Source of the DNA: Actinomycetota bacterium
Lineage (GTDB): Bacteria > Actinomycetota > Actinomycetes > Propionibacteriales > Nocardioidaceae
Direction: 5' to 3'
DNA: 64,000 nt
Assembly (NCBI GenBank): GCA_046725375.1
Contig: JBKOYM010000060.1
Coordinates: 15,120-79,119, forward strand
Made by a program: the position numbers and the translations under genes. Below the pieces are notes generated by a model. It made no database searches, was not told the DNA's origin, and was given only the letters and a program-made list of their open reading frames with translations. Each line of letters starts with the position of its first letter. Within the stretch, counting starts at the first letter, position 1. Shown piece by piece: positions 30,059-40,381 of this stretch.

Positions 30059-31924
30059 GTGGGGCTGCTCGAGGGGATCAGCGATCCGTCTGACCTGAAG
30101 GACCTGTCAGCGAGCCAGCTCGACGATCTCGCGGCCGAGATTCGGCAGCGTCTGATCGAGGCGGTCGCTGTCAACGGCGGGCATCTCGGGCCCAACCTCG
30201 GCGTCGTCGAGCTCACGCTGGCGATTCACCGGGTCTTCGACTCCCCGTACGACAAGGTCCTGTTCGACATCGGCCACCAGGCATACGTCCACAAGATGCT
30301 CACCGGCCGGCTCGAAGGCTTCGCGAAGCTGCGCAAGAAGGACGGCCTGTCCGGCTATGCCAGCCAGGCCGAGTCCGAGCACGACGTCATCGAAAACTCG
30401 CACGCCTCGACCGGCCTGTCGTACGCCGACGGTCTGGCCAAGGCGTACGCGCTGCGCGGCGAGGACCGCCACGTCGTCGCCGTGATCGGAGACGGGGCGT
30501 TGACCGGCGGCATGGCCTGGGAGGCACTCAACAACATCGCCGCCAACAAGGATCGGCGGCTGATCATCGTGGTCAACGACAACGGCCGGTCATACCAGCC
30601 GACGATCGGCGGGCTCGCTCATCATCTCGACGCTCTTCGTACGCACCCTCGGTACGAAGAGGTGCTCGAACAGGTCAAGGAGCGGCTGACCCGCATCAAG
30701 GTCGTCGGGCCGCCGGCGTACGACGCGCTGCACGCCATCAAGAAGGGCCTCAAGGACGCGCTCGCGCCACAGGGCCTGTTCGAGGACCTCGGGCTGAAAT
30801 ACCTCGGGCCGTTCGACGGGCATGACCGAGAAACCGTCGAGCAGGCGCTCACCCAGGCCAGGCACTTCGGCGGGCCGGTGTTGGTGCACGTCTTGACCAC
30901 CAAGGGCAAGGGCTACGACATCGCGGTCAAGAACGAGGCCGACCAGATGCATCAGGCGCATCCGTTCGACCCCCAAACGGGCCGGGCGCTAGCGCCGAAG
31001 CAGCCGGGATGGACGTCGGTGTTCCGCGACGAGCTGGTCCGGCTCGGCGAGGAGCGCACCGACCTCGTCGCGGTCACGGCCGCGATGCTCTACCCGACGG
31101 GGCTCGACGCCTTCGCAGACCGGTTCCCCGACCGCTGCTTCGACGTGGGCATCGCCGAGCAGCACGCCGTCACCAGCGCGGCCGGCCTCGCACTGGGCGG
31201 TCTGCACCCGGTCGTCGCCATCTACTCGACCTTCCTCAATCGAGCGTTCGACCAACTCCTGCTCGACGTCGCCCTGCATCGGTGCGGTGTCACGTTCGTC
31301 CTCGATCGGGCCGGCATCACCGGCGAGGACGGCCCCAGTCACAACGGCATGTGGGACCTGTCTCTCCTCGGACTCGTGCCGGGTCTCCGCCTCGCGGCCC
31401 CTCGTGACGGAGCCCGACTGCGAGAGTTGCTCCGCGAGGCGGTCGCGGTCGATGACGCGCCGACCGTCTTGCGCTTCCCCAAGGGCGCGGTCTGCGACGA
31501 CATCGCCGCCATCGAACGCATCGGGGGAGTCGACATCCTGGCCCGCGACGACGAGGCAGACGTGCTGATCGTCGGCGTCGGCTCGATGGCCGGCGCATGC
31601 GTCGACGTGGCCGACAAGCTCGGCGCCGAGAGCGTCGGCGCCACAGTCGTCGATCCGCGCTGGGCGCTGCCGGTGCCACCGGAGCTGATCGACCTGGCCG
31701 CCCGGCACCGCCAGGTCGTCACCGTCGAGGACAACGGCCGGTCCGGCGGATTCGGCACGGCCCTGACCCTGGCGCTTCGCGACCGCGGCGTGGCGACGCC
31801 GGTCGCGGTCCACGGCATCCCACAACGGTTCTTGGAGCACGACAAACCGGATGCGATTCGCGAGGCGATCGGCCTCACGCCCGACGCATTGGCTCAGGAC
31901 ATCCGTCGCCAGCTCCTCGGTTGA
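30059..31924 (+). CDS. dxs: 1-deoxy-D-xylulose-5-phosphate synthase
   Basis: Motifs [22 protein letters not shown] and [15 protein letters not shown]. The GTG at 30059 is preceded by gaggagg; the track start at 30029 is the alternative. Confidence 0.95.
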   Translation: MGLLEGISDPSDLKDLSASQLDDLAAEIRQRLIEAVAVNGGHLGPNLGVVELTLAIHRVFDSPYDKVLFDIGHQAYVHKMLTGRLEGFAKLRKKDGLSGYASQAESEHDVIENSHASTGLSYADGLAKAYALRGEDRHVVAVIGDGALTGGMAWEALNNIAANKDRRLIIVVNDNGRSYQPTIGGLAHHLDALRTHPRYEEVLEQVKERLTRIKVVGPPAYDALHAIKKGLKDALAPQGLFEDLGLKYLGPFDGHDRETVEQALTQARHFGGPVLVHVLTTKGKGYDIAVKNEADQMHQAHPFDPQTGRALAPKQPGWTSVFRDELVRLGEERTDLVAVTAAMLYPTGLDAFADRFPDRCFDVGIAEQHAVTSAAGLALGGLHPVVAIYSTFLNRAFDQLLLDVALHRCGVTFVLDRAGITGEDGPSHNGMWDLSLLGLVPGLRLAAPRDGARLRELLREAVAVDDAPTVLRFPKGAVCDDIAAIERIGGVDILARDDEADVLIVGVGSMAGACVDVADKLGAESVGATVVDPRWALPVPPELIDLAARHRQVVTVEDNGRSGGFGTALTLALRDRGVATPVAVHGIPQRFLEHDKPDAIREAIGLTPDALAQDIRRQLLG

Positions 31925-31944
31925 TTCCACATGAGCGTTTGAGC

Positions 31945-32643
31945 GCACGCATTGCCGGACCAACGGTGGCGATCGCCTTCCTCCTCGCGGGGGTGGCATG
32001 TGCGCTTGCAGCGCTGTGATACGCCGAGTTCGCGTCGACCATGCCGGTGGCCGGCAGCGCGTACACCTTCTCGTACGCGAGCCTCGGCGGGCTGATCGCG
32101 TGGATCATCGGCTGGGACCTCGTTCTCGAGTTCACCGTCGCGGCTGCTGCGCTGGCGGTCGGGTTCTCGGGATACCTCAACAGCCTCTCGGACGGTACGC
32201 CGTTCGAGCTGCTCGGCATCATTGGCTCGCTCGCACTCGTCACTCGGCACGCCGTATCGCATCACGCTGATCATTGGTGTCGTCGCCGCGGTGATTGCCG
32301 GCACTGTCGAGCTGACCACGCTGGCCGACCTCGTCAGTATCGGGACCCGTTCGCTTTCGTGCTGGTTAGCATCGGCGTGGTTATCCTGCGACGGACCAGG
32401 CCCGACCTACCGCGCGCCTTCCGGGCGCCGGCCGCGCCGCTGGTCGCCGTGCTCGCGGTCGTATCCTGCGTGTACCTGATGCTGAACCAGATGGGCGAGA
32501 CATGGGTACGGTTCCTCGTCTGGATGGCGATCGGTCTCGTCGTGTACTTCGGCTACGGCCGACGCCAGGGCCGGCTCGCGCAGAGGGAGCGCGCGAGCCG
32601 GCCGCGGTGCACGAACCGAGTCGGTGACGCCTACTGCCAGTAG
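31945..32643 (+). pseudogene. degraded APC/CAT-family amino-acid permease
   Basis: The N-terminus is missing. There is an in-frame TGA at 32017-32019 inside the conserved AAL(C)YAEFAS motif. About 200 central residues are missing around 32220. A 1-nt deletion near 32347 breaks SIGT(L)FAFVLVS across two frames. Confidence 0.85.
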
Positions 32644-33695
32644 TCAATTCCGGTCGGAGGAATGAGGCGGTCGCCCGACGCCTGGCCGACGACCGTGCAC
32701 ATCGCGCTGGACGCATCGCAGGTCAGCAGGTCAGGCGCTTCGCTGGCATTGTCCTGGTTGTCGTTCTCGGCGTGGAAGCCGATGGCGGTGAACCGGTCGT
32801 CGGCGACCCACTGCATGAAGTACCACTCCGGGTACTCCGGCATGGAGAGCTCGACCTCCTGGTTCGTCGTCCGATCGAACACGACGGTCTGCCCGTTCGC
32901 GCCGCCGGCGATGTAGTTAGCGTCGGGCGAAAGTTGGTTCCCCGAGATGGGATAGAAGGGCGCGTCGGCGGCCGGGTCCCGGCTGACGATCGTGCCGCTG
33001 GTTCCCGCGAACTCCGTCGTGGACCACGCCAGATAACTGTTGTCGACGTCCGTCAGCCACGACTCCGGACGGGGTGGATTGGTGGTGGGCCACTTCCTGG
33101 TCTGGGTGGTCAGGTCCCAGGCGCTGACCCCGAACACGGCGCCGTCACAGATGTAGGCCGTATGGCCGTCGATCGCATTGAATCTCAGGCCGTCGTCCTC
33201 GGAGAAGCAGCCGTCGTCGGACCTGCTGTCGCTCTTCGGGGACCGAAACACCTCGCGCCCCCGCGCCGTGTCGTAGACGACGGCCTGAGTGATATACGGA
33301 CTCCTCAGCCGCTCGACCCAGCCGACGTAGGAGCCGGTGTCGTCGGCCGTGAGCACGTCGACGTAGCCCTCGGTGTCGCCGATCTTCTCGGACCCAGCAC
33401 CGTCGGTGAAATACACGCTCCCGCGTGCGGTGTAGACGAAGCCGTCGTCGGTCACGACGAAGCGCCCCACCTTGTGCGGCGAAACGTCGATCGACCGGTC
33501 GCCGTAGTGGATCGTCGACCCCGACGCGTAGCTAATCTGGCGCTCGCCGCCGCTATCGGACAACGTCGGGTCGTCCGCACTACCGCCGAAGGGCAACGTC
33601 GACGCGACAAGCGCCACGGCCGCGAGCGCCGCGCACGCCGCCGTCCCGCCGGCCGCGCGATTGCGCCAGACTCGACGCCGGCCGGTGCGGATCAC
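32631..33695 (-). CDS. membrane-anchored extracytoplasmic protein downstream of the ECF sigma gene (putative sigma partner)
   Basis: The N-terminus has RTGRRRVWRNR followed by a TM helix, then a Gly/Asp/Tyr-rich, probably beta-rich domain of about 310 aa. The true 5' end is unclear (see the 23-codon ORF at 33692-33763). Confidence 0.55.
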   Translation of the reverse strand: MIRTGRRRVWRNRAAGGTAACAALAAVALVASTLPFGGSADDPTLSDSGGERQISYASGSTIHYGDRSIDVSPHKVGRFVVTDDGFVYTARGSVYFTDGAGSEKIGDTEGYVDVLTADDTGSYVGWVERLRSPYITQAVVYDTARGREVFRSPKSDSRSDDGCFSEDDGLRFNAIDGHTAYICDGAVFGVSAWDLTTQTRKWPTTNPPRPESWLTDVDNSYLAWSTTEFAGTSGTIVSRDPAADAPFYPISGNQLSPDANYIAGGANGQTVVFDRTTNQEVELSMPEYPEWYFMQWVADDRFTAIGFHAENDNQDNASEAPDLLTCDASSAMCTVVGQASGDRLIPPTGIDYWQ

Positions 33696-33759
33696 ACCGG
33701 CGATGTCGGCCCCGGCGCACCCTCGGCCCGCACGGTCATCATGTCCTTCAACATCTCGG

Positions 33760-34284
33760 TCATCTTTCGACCCCCAATTCGGTCATCGATACGGCGGCTG
33801 GCCCCAGTCGGACCCGGAGCTTCTCGAGCCCGGCGAAGACCTGGCTCTTGACCGTTCCGATCGAGCACCCCATCGCGTCGGCGGTTTCGCGCTCGGTCAG
33901 GTCCTCGTAATAGCGCAGCACGATCGCTGCGCGTTGCCGTGGTGGCAGCGACTGGAGCGCCATCCACATGGCGTCGTGGTCGGAGATCCGATCGCTGTGA
34001 TCGCCCACCGACAGATCGGGGACGTCGTCCCGTGGCTTCTCGGCATGCCACGATCGTCGACGCCACCAGGTGATCGCGGTCGTTGTGAGCGCCTTTCGCG
34101 CGTACGCCTCGGCGTTGGCCGGATTGTGGAGGCGGGGCCACGCGACGTACGTCTAAGTCAACGCCTCCTGGACGAGATCCTCCGCGTGGGCGTGATCACC
34201 GACGATCAGGTAGGCCGCCCGATAGAGCGCTCGCGACCGAGCGGCGACGAACTCCGCGAACTCGACGGTGCCGCGTCGTGCCAT
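33760..34284 (-). pseudogene. ECF (SigE-like) sigma-70 family factor interrupted by an in-frame TAG at codon 44
   Basis: Manual translation from the ATG at 34284 gives MARRGTVEFAEFVAARSRALYRAAYLIVGDHAHAEDLVQEALT*TYVAWPRL...QRAAIVLRYYEDLTERETADAMGCSIGTVKSQV. The TAG is at 34155-34153, where the family normally has Lys/Arg. Confidence 0.8.
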
Positions 34285-34509
34285 CGCCTTCCCTCCGCTC
34301 GTCCGTACGAGTCATCCTCACTTGCCCTGACGACACAGCGCCGCAAAAGGGTTGGGCGGCGGGCCAATCGGACGGTTGTCAGGGCATCGTCAGGTCTCTG
34401 TCGGTGTTGTCCCGCCGGCCGCGTCGGCAAAGGTCGAACCTGAGGTCCCTCCGGGCTTGAGCTTGCCCGAAACCGGGACAAGCCAACAGGCGCCTGTGGG
34501 AGGGCATTC

Positions 34510-35904
34510 ATGAGCGATACATCAGATTTCGCAAGGGCGGTACGGCAAGAGCTCGGCGGCCTCAAAGAGCCGGCGATCCTTCCGGACAGTCCGGGATACG
34601 ACGAGGCTCGGGCGGTTTACAACGCCTTCATCGATCGGCGGCCGTCCGTGGTCGCTCGCTGTGGCACACCGGAGGAAGTGGCGACAGTCGTCGACTTCGC
34701 GAGTCGCCGGGGCCAGATGCTCGCCGTGCGCGGCGGCGGTCACAACGGCGCCGGACTCGGTACCGTCGACGACGGCGTCGTCCTCGACCTGTCGCCGATG
34801 CGTGACATTTCCGTCGACCCCGATGCGCGTACGGTCCGCGTCGCCGGCGGATGCACCTGGGGCGAAGTGCACCGCGCGACGGACCCGTACAGCCTCGCGA
34901 CGCCGGCCGGGATCATCTCTACCACCGGAGTCGGCGGCCTGGCGCTGGGCGGCGGGCTGGGTCACCTAGCCCGTACCTGCGGGCTGACCATCGACAACAT
35001 CCTCGAGGTCGACATGGTGCTGGCCAACGGCGATCGGGTCCGCGCGAACGCCGACGAGAATCCCGACCTCTATTGGGCGATCCGTGGCGGCGGCGGCAAC
35101 TTCGGCGTCGTCACGTCGTTCCTGTTCCGCCTCCACGACGTCGGCACGGTCATCGCCGGTCCGACACTGTGGTCGATCGAGCAGAGTGCCGAGGTACTCG
35201 CGGCCTACAGCGACTTCATCTCCGATGCGCCCCGCGAGCTCAACGGATTCTTCATGTACGCGTCCGTGCCACCGGCACCGCCGTTCCCCGAAGAGTTGCA
35301 CCTCCGCAAGGTCTGCGGCGTCGTCTGGTGCTACGTCGGCAGCGAGACCAGCGCCGCCAACGCGATGGCGCCGTTGCTCGACAGCCTGCCAGAGCCGCTG
35401 CTTCACGGCGTGCAGCCGATGCCGCATGCCGATCTGCAAAGCGCCTTCGACGAGCTCTATCCGCCGGGTGATCAGTGGTACTGGCGGGCCGACTTCGTCA
35501 AGGACATCCCCGAAGCGGCGATCGAGGAACACGCCGTGTACGGCGAGCAGATGCCGACCTGGAAGTCGACAATGCACCTGTATCCGATCTCCGGTGCCCC
35601 CGAAGATGTCGGTCCGACGGAAACACCGTGGGCCTATCGGGACGCCAAATGGGGCTCGGTCTTCGCGGGAGTCGATCCCGACCCGGCCAACGCCGAGGCG
35701 ATCAAGCGCTGGACCATCGACTACCACGAGGCGCTGCACCCGTACTCGGCCGGCGGAGCCTACGTCAACATGATGATGGACGAGGGCCAGGAGCGGGTAC
35801 GAGCGAGCTACGGCGACAACTACGACCGACTGGCTCGGATCAAAGCGGAGTACGATCCGGCGAACCTGTTCCGGGTCAACCAGAACATCCAGCCAAAGGC
35901 CTAG
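34510..35904 (+). CDS. FAD-binding oxidoreductase (VAO/PCMH fold with BBE-like C-terminus)
   Basis: 464 aa with RGGGHNGAG and GGGNFGVVTSF motifs and a C-terminal YDPANLFRVNQNI (BBE domain). Confidence 0.9.
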   Translation: MSDTSDFARAVRQELGGLKEPAILPDSPGYDEARAVYNAFIDRRPSVVARCGTPEEVATVVDFASRRGQMLAVRGGGHNGAGLGTVDDGVVLDLSPMRDISVDPDARTVRVAGGCTWGEVHRATDPYSLATPAGIISTTGVGGLALGGGLGHLARTCGLTIDNILEVDMVLANGDRVRANADENPDLYWAIRGGGGNFGVVTSFLFRLHDVGTVIAGPTLWSIEQSAEVLAAYSDFISDAPRELNGFFMYASVPPAPPFPEELHLRKVCGVVWCYVGSETSAANAMAPLLDSLPEPLLHGVQPMPHADLQSAFDELYPPGDQWYWRADFVKDIPEAAIEEHAVYGEQMPTWKSTMHLYPISGAPEDVGPTETPWAYRDAKWGSVFAGVDPDPANAEAIKRWTIDYHEALHPYSAGGAYVNMMMDEGQERVRASYGDNYDRLARIKAEYDPANLFRVNQNIQPKA

Positions 35905-36638
35905 TGCTGACGCGCGAGGTAGTCTCGCCGCTCCTCGGGCGGAAAGCGCTCGATCGCATAGCGGAGCATCGTGCGCGGCATGCGGGCGACGTGTGCGTCG
36001 AGGTATGACCGAAGCTCGGCCTCGTCGACCCGCTTGCCGGCCTCGCGGAGCATCCAGCCGGCGGCCTTGTGGATCAGGTCGTGCCGGTCGTCGAGCACCT
36101 CGGTCGCCAGGGCGTACATGTCGGCGGTCTGGCCCTCGAAGATCAGGCGGTGGGTGGCGACGAGAGCGATCCGGCGTCGCCAGACCGAGTCCGAGCGGAT
36201 CCACTCGTACAGCGGCGCGCGGTCGCGGTCGAGGAGGTACCCGCCGACCACCTCCGGTGCGCTGCAGTCGACGAGGTCCCAGTTGTCGACGCGATCGATG
36301 TCGCGGACGAACGCGTCGTACGCCGCGGTGAGTCGGTCGACAGCGGTGGCCTTGCGGGCGCGTGCGGCGTACTCCGCGAGTATCACGAGGCAGCCGAGTC
36401 GATGCTCGTGGACGGGGCTACGCAGGCCGAGCGATAGGGCGGCCGGCGCGACCGGATCTCGCACATACGGGCGGACCAGCTGGCGGATCCGGGACACCCT
36501 GACCCCGATGAAGCGATCGCCGTCGCCGTAGCCGCCGGGCCGGACCTGGAAATAGCGGGCCAACTGCTCGGCCTCGACCCGATCTGCCTCGGCGTCGATT
36601 ACGCGCAGTAACTCGGCGACTCGGCCACGGTCGGTCAT
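35901..36638 (-). CDS. DNA alkylation repair protein (AlkD/AlkC-like HEAT-repeat fold)
   Basis: Internal ATG at 36638 (MTDRGRVAELL). Family motifs are FIGVRVSRIRQL, DNWDLVD, WRRRIALVAT and HKAAGWMLRE. Confidence 0.85.
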   Translation of the reverse strand: MTDRGRVAELLRVIDAEADRVEAEQLARYFQVRPGGYGDGDRFIGVRVSRIRQLVRPYVRDPVAPAALSLGLRSPVHEHRLGCLVILAEYAARARKATAVDRLTAAYDAFVRDIDRVDNWDLVDCSAPEVVGGYLLDRDRAPLYEWIRSDSVWRRRIALVATHRLIFEGQTADMYALATEVLDDRHDLIHKAAGWMLREAGKRVDEAELRSYLDAHVARMPRTMLRYAIERFPPEERRDYLARQH

Positions 36639-36774
36639 GAGCGTGAGCCTAGGGCAGGCCAAGGGAATGGCGATCCCCTCCCGTAGCGTTGAACCGATCG
36701 TCATGAGATGGAAGCCCCGCCCCCAAGAGCCCAAACCGTCGACCGAGTCGTCGCCGAAGCCCGCCGAGCGGCCG

Positions 36775-37683
36775 ATGGTGCATCCGTTGGTGCACGTCGT
36801 CGATGACATCCCCGAACTCAGCGATGGTGACCGGCCAGTGCTGCTGCATGCCCTCGACGGCTTCCTGTCCGCCGGGCAGGCCGGTCAGGTCGCGGCCCGT
36901 CATCTCGTGGCCTCCGGTGGGGGCCGCGTCGTGGCGAGCTTCGACCTCGACCAGATGTACGACTACCGAGCGCGTCGGCCCGGCCTGGTCTTCGACCGCG
37001 ACCACTACGCCAACTACGACGCCCCTCGCCTGCTCGTCCGGCTGCTCAAGGACGACGACGGCACGCCGTACCTGCTGCTGTCGGGACCGGAGCCGGACTA
37101 TCGCTGGGAGGCGTTCGCGGCTGCGGTCCGGGCCATCGTCGAGCGGTTCGACGTGGGGCTGGTCGTCGGCCTGGGCGCGGTGCCGATGGGTGTGCCGCAC
37201 ACCAGGCCGATCATGATCACCACGCATGCCAGTCGATCCGACCTGATCGACCGGCCGAACCTCTGGCGAGCGCAGATGGTGGTGCCGACCAGCGCGCAGT
37301 CGCTGCTCGAGCTACGGCTCGGTGAGCAGGGGCACGATGCGATGGGCTACGTCGCGCACGTACCGCACTATCTCGCCCAGGTGGAGTACCCGACCGCCGC
37401 CGTGGCGCTGCTGAGCGCGGTCGCCGAACGCACCGGGCTTCGGCTCGACCTGACCTCGCTCACCGAAGCGGCGGAGGCGACGCTGTCGGAGATCGACGAG
37501 CAGGTGTCGGATCAAGACGGCGGTTCTGTGCTGTCCAATCTCGAGGAGCAGTACGACGCCTTCGCCCGCGGCGCGTCGGAGTCGCTGCTCGCGACCGAGG
37601 GCCCGCTCCCGACGGCCGACGAGCTGGGACAGCAGGTCGAGCAGTTCCTCGCCGACCTCGACGACCCGAGCGACCGGGACTGA
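36775..37683 (+). CDS. PAC2 (proteasome assembly chaperone 2) family protein
   Basis: PVLLHALDGFLSAGQAG, LLLSGPEPDYRWE and YVAHVPHYLA motifs with an acidic C-terminus. The start is uncertain (36775 preferred; alternatives 36703 and 36637). Confidence 0.8.
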   Translation: MVHPLVHVVDDIPELSDGDRPVLLHALDGFLSAGQAGQVAARHLVASGGGRVVASFDLDQMYDYRARRPGLVFDRDHYANYDAPRLLVRLLKDDDGTPYLLLSGPEPDYRWEAFAAAVRAIVERFDVGLVVGLGAVPMGVPHTRPIMITTHASRSDLIDRPNLWRAQMVVPTSAQSLLELRLGEQGHDAMGYVAHVPHYLAQVEYPTAAVALLSAVAERTGLRLDLTSLTEAAEATLSEIDEQVSDQDGGSVLSNLEEQYDAFARGASESLLATEGPLPTADELGQQVEQFLADLDDPSDRD

Positions 37684-37722
37684 ACCAGGGCACGGTTTGC
37701 CCGGTCTGACAGGATCGAGGGC

Positions 37723-38592
37723 GTGCCGACGTCAGTAGCCGAGCTGGTCGCGATCCTCGACCTCGAGAAGATCGAGGAAGATCTCTTTCGAGGCGCGCAG
37801 CCGCCCCGGTCGACGCTGCAGCGGGTGTTCGGAGGACAGGTCGCCGCGCAGGCGCTGATGGCCGCCAGCCGTACGGTCGACCCGGGGCGCCATGTGCATT
37901 CGCTGCACGCGTACTTCCTTCGCGGCGGCGACACGGCGATCCCGATCGTCTACGACGTCCAGCGGATTCGCGACGGCGGCTCGTTCAGCACGCGTCGGGT
38001 CGAGGCCCGTCAGCACGGGCGGGTGATCTTCTATCTGACAGCGTCGTACCACATCGACGAGCCGGGTTTCGACCACCAGGATCCGATGCCCGATGTGCCG
38101 GCGCCGGAGGACTGCCCCGATCTCGCCGAACTGCTCGGCGGCATCAGCAAGCGGGCCGCCGACTCGTGGCGGCAGGAGTGGTCGGCGCTCGAGGTGCACT
38201 ACGTCGGGGACTCCCGGCCTGACGGCGTGCTGTCGCCGGAACAGCAGCCGGCGCGGGCGCGGTCGTGGTTTCGGGCCAACGGCCACCTGCCGGACGATCG
38301 GACGCTCGACGCGTGCGTCCTCACGTACGCGAGCGACCTCACTCTGCTCGGAGTTTCGCTGGTGCCGCATGGCGTCATCATCGGCGACCCGTCGATACAG
38401 GCGGCGTCGCTCGATCATGCGATGTGGTTCCACCGGCCCGCCCGGTCCGATCAGTGGCTGCTCTATGACCAGTACTCGCCGTCGGCGCAGGGCGCTCGGG
38501 GACTCGCGACCGCGCGGATCTTCGCCCAGGACGGCACGCTCGTCGCGACGGTCGCGCAGGAGGGGCTGATCCGGCCGATCCGGGCCGGCTGA
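37723..38592 (+). CDS. tesB: acyl-CoA thioesterase II
   Basis: 289 aa with LDLEKIEEDLFRG, VFGGQVAAQAL and HSLHAYFLRGGD. The fold is a double hot-dog. Confidence 0.9.
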   Translation: MPTSVAELVAILDLEKIEEDLFRGAQPPRSTLQRVFGGQVAAQALMAASRTVDPGRHVHSLHAYFLRGGDTAIPIVYDVQRIRDGGSFSTRRVEARQHGRVIFYLTASYHIDEPGFDHQDPMPDVPAPEDCPDLAELLGGISKRAADSWRQEWSALEVHYVGDSRPDGVLSPEQQPARARSWFRANGHLPDDRTLDACVLTYASDLTLLGVSLVPHGVIIGDPSIQAASLDHAMWFHRPARSDQWLLYDQYSPSAQGARGLATARIFAQDGTLVATVAQEGLIRPIRAG

Positions 38593-38626
38593 CCAGCAGC
38601 GCTCTTCCGTGCCGCGATCCGCGCCG

Positions 38627-40381
38627 TTACTCGGTGCGTAGGATGTCGACCACTGGGGCGCGGGTGGCGATCCGGGCCGGCATGGTTGTGGCGGCGGCGA
38701 CTAGGAGGACGGCCGCTACCGGGACCAGCGCCAGCCAAGGCCACGGTGCGATCGTGGGATCGTCGTCCCCTCCGGCAGCGCGGTAGACCGCGATGTACAA
38801 GACAATGCCGACCGGGATGGACAGCACGCTCGCGACCAGCGCTAGGAGGGCGTACGGGGAGACCAGGGTGGAGGCGACCTGGCGTGGGGTCAGGCCGACG
38901 GCTTTGAGCACACCGAAGTCGCGAAGCCGTTCGCGCAGCGCGAGCATCGCGATGGCTAGGAGCGATGCGATGGCGATCAGCGTCAGTACGCCGTCGAGCG
39001 TGTAGATGAGTACGGGCAGCTCCGTCGGCACGTCGCTCACCTGTCCTGCCGGCTGGGCGTCGAGCGAGGCCTGCATGGACAGCGCGAACACGAATGCCGC
39101 GCCCGTCAGCGAGATCGCACCGGCAAGCAGCAGCACCCTGGCCCGACCGGCGAGCAGAGTGCGGGCGCCGACGGCCAGCGGGACACCTACGGGAAGGGTC
39201 GACAGGAGCCGGACGATCAGCGACGTGTTCGGGGGCGCGGACCGACCGGAATCGAGGGCATGCAGGACAGAGAACCGGGTACCGCGCCGGGTCGCCAGCC
39301 AAGCACCGAGCACCAACACGACCACCACCGGAACCGCCGCCACCACCAGATGCGCCGGGTTCGCGGCCACGGTCGGCGATCCGAGCATGGTCTGTGACGA
39401 CGCGCCGGCCAGCGGTGGCGCGAGCAGTGCGCCCGCCGCGAACCCGAGGACCGCTGCAACGAATCCCAGCACCGCCGACTCGATCACGAAGACCAGGCTC
39501 ACCTGACGAGGTGTCAGCCCGACCGCCTTGAGCAACCCGATCTGGCGATGTTGCTCGAGCGCGCGGGCGCCGACCAGGATCGCGACCACGGCGAAGACGA
39601 CGGCGAGTAGCACCACGGTGTACATGGCCAGGATCAGTTGCAACGGCTGCGCGTCCATGAGTGCTTGCGACCGCTGCTCCTGCCAGGTCTGGGCGCTGAC
39701 ACTCCCGGGCGGCGCATGGGCCAGGATCGAGCCGGCCACCGTCGGCGCGGCGGCGGGGCCGGTGAGCCGCAGGGCCTCGGTCCAACGCCAGTCGTCCTCG
39801 CGCGGCTGCAGCCCGTCGAAGGTCGGTCGGCTGACCCAGGCCACGCCCGGATTGGAGCGAGGGTATCGGGCCACGCTGGGCAGGACCGCCGTCCCGACTA
39901 CGCGGAGCTCGACGTCGCCGTCGGCCCCGGCGAACGTCAGCCGATCACCCACGCCGAGGCCGAGAGCAGACGCCAGACTGCGCTCGAGCACGATGCCGTC
40001 GCCAGGCACGGCGGTGCCAGCGGTGCGTACAGGAGCGTTGACCCGGGGTCGCCCGGAGAGGCCGGAGAGCCGCACCGGTTCCGGACCGTCGCCGGTCCGC
40101 ATCTCCACCGTGGTCTCGGGCACGGGCGCCCCAGCCTCGACGACTCCCGGGCGGGACTGCAAGGCCCGGGCCACCTCCTCGGTCGGCACATTGACGAGGA
40201 CGTGCGCGCCGTGAGCGGCTGCGAAGGTCCGGTCCCACGGGTCGCGGCCGGTCTGGCCCACCTCGAGAGCGAGCACGACCGTGGTCGCGGCCGTCGCGGC
40301 GAGTAACACCGTCAGGCCACTGGCCAGCAGCCGGCTCCGGATGCCCGAGAACGCCAACCTGACGAGAGTCGCGGTCATCAC
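38627..40381 (-). CDS. ABC transporter permease (FtsX/MacB-like, duplicated FtsX domain)
   Basis: 584 aa with two FtsX-type 4-TM modules (..LKAVGLTPRQV.. occurs twice). Confidence 0.85.
   Translation of the reverse strand: MMTATLVRLAFSGIRSRLLASGLTVLLAATAATTVVLALEVGQTGRDPWDRTFAAAHGAHVLVNVPTEEVARALQSRPGVVEAGAPVPETTVEMRTGDGPEPVRLSGLSGRPRVNAPVRTAGTAVPGDGIVLERSLASALGLGVGDRLTFAGADGDVELRVVGTAVLPSVARYPRSNPGVAWVSRPTFDGLQPREDDWRWTEALRLTGPAAAPTVAGSILAHAPPGSVSAQTWQEQRSQALMDAQPLQLILAMYTVVLLAVVFAVVAILVGARALEQHRQIGLLKAVGLTPRQVSLVFVIESAVLGFVAAVLGFAAGALLAPPLAGASSQTMLGSPTVAANPAHLVVAAVPVVVVLVLGAWLATRRGTRFSVLHALDSGRSAPPNTSLIVRLLSTLPVGVPLAVGARTLLAGRARVLLLAGAISLTGAAFVFALSMQASLDAQPAGQVSDVPTELPVLIYTLDGVLTLIAIASLLAIAMLALRERLRDFGVLKAVGLTPRQVASTLVSPYALLALVASVLSIPVGIVLYIAVYRAAGGDDDPTIAPWPWLALVPVAAVLLVAAATTMPARIATRAPVVDILRTE

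Noticed and set aside
38463-39785. 440-aa alternative-frame ORF within the FtsX permease gene
   Set aside because: Its low-complexity Arg/Ala/Pro composition is not convincing. The overlapping frame encodes a typical multi-TM FtsX protein with proper operon junctions. The same applies to 46120..47649 within ptrB.
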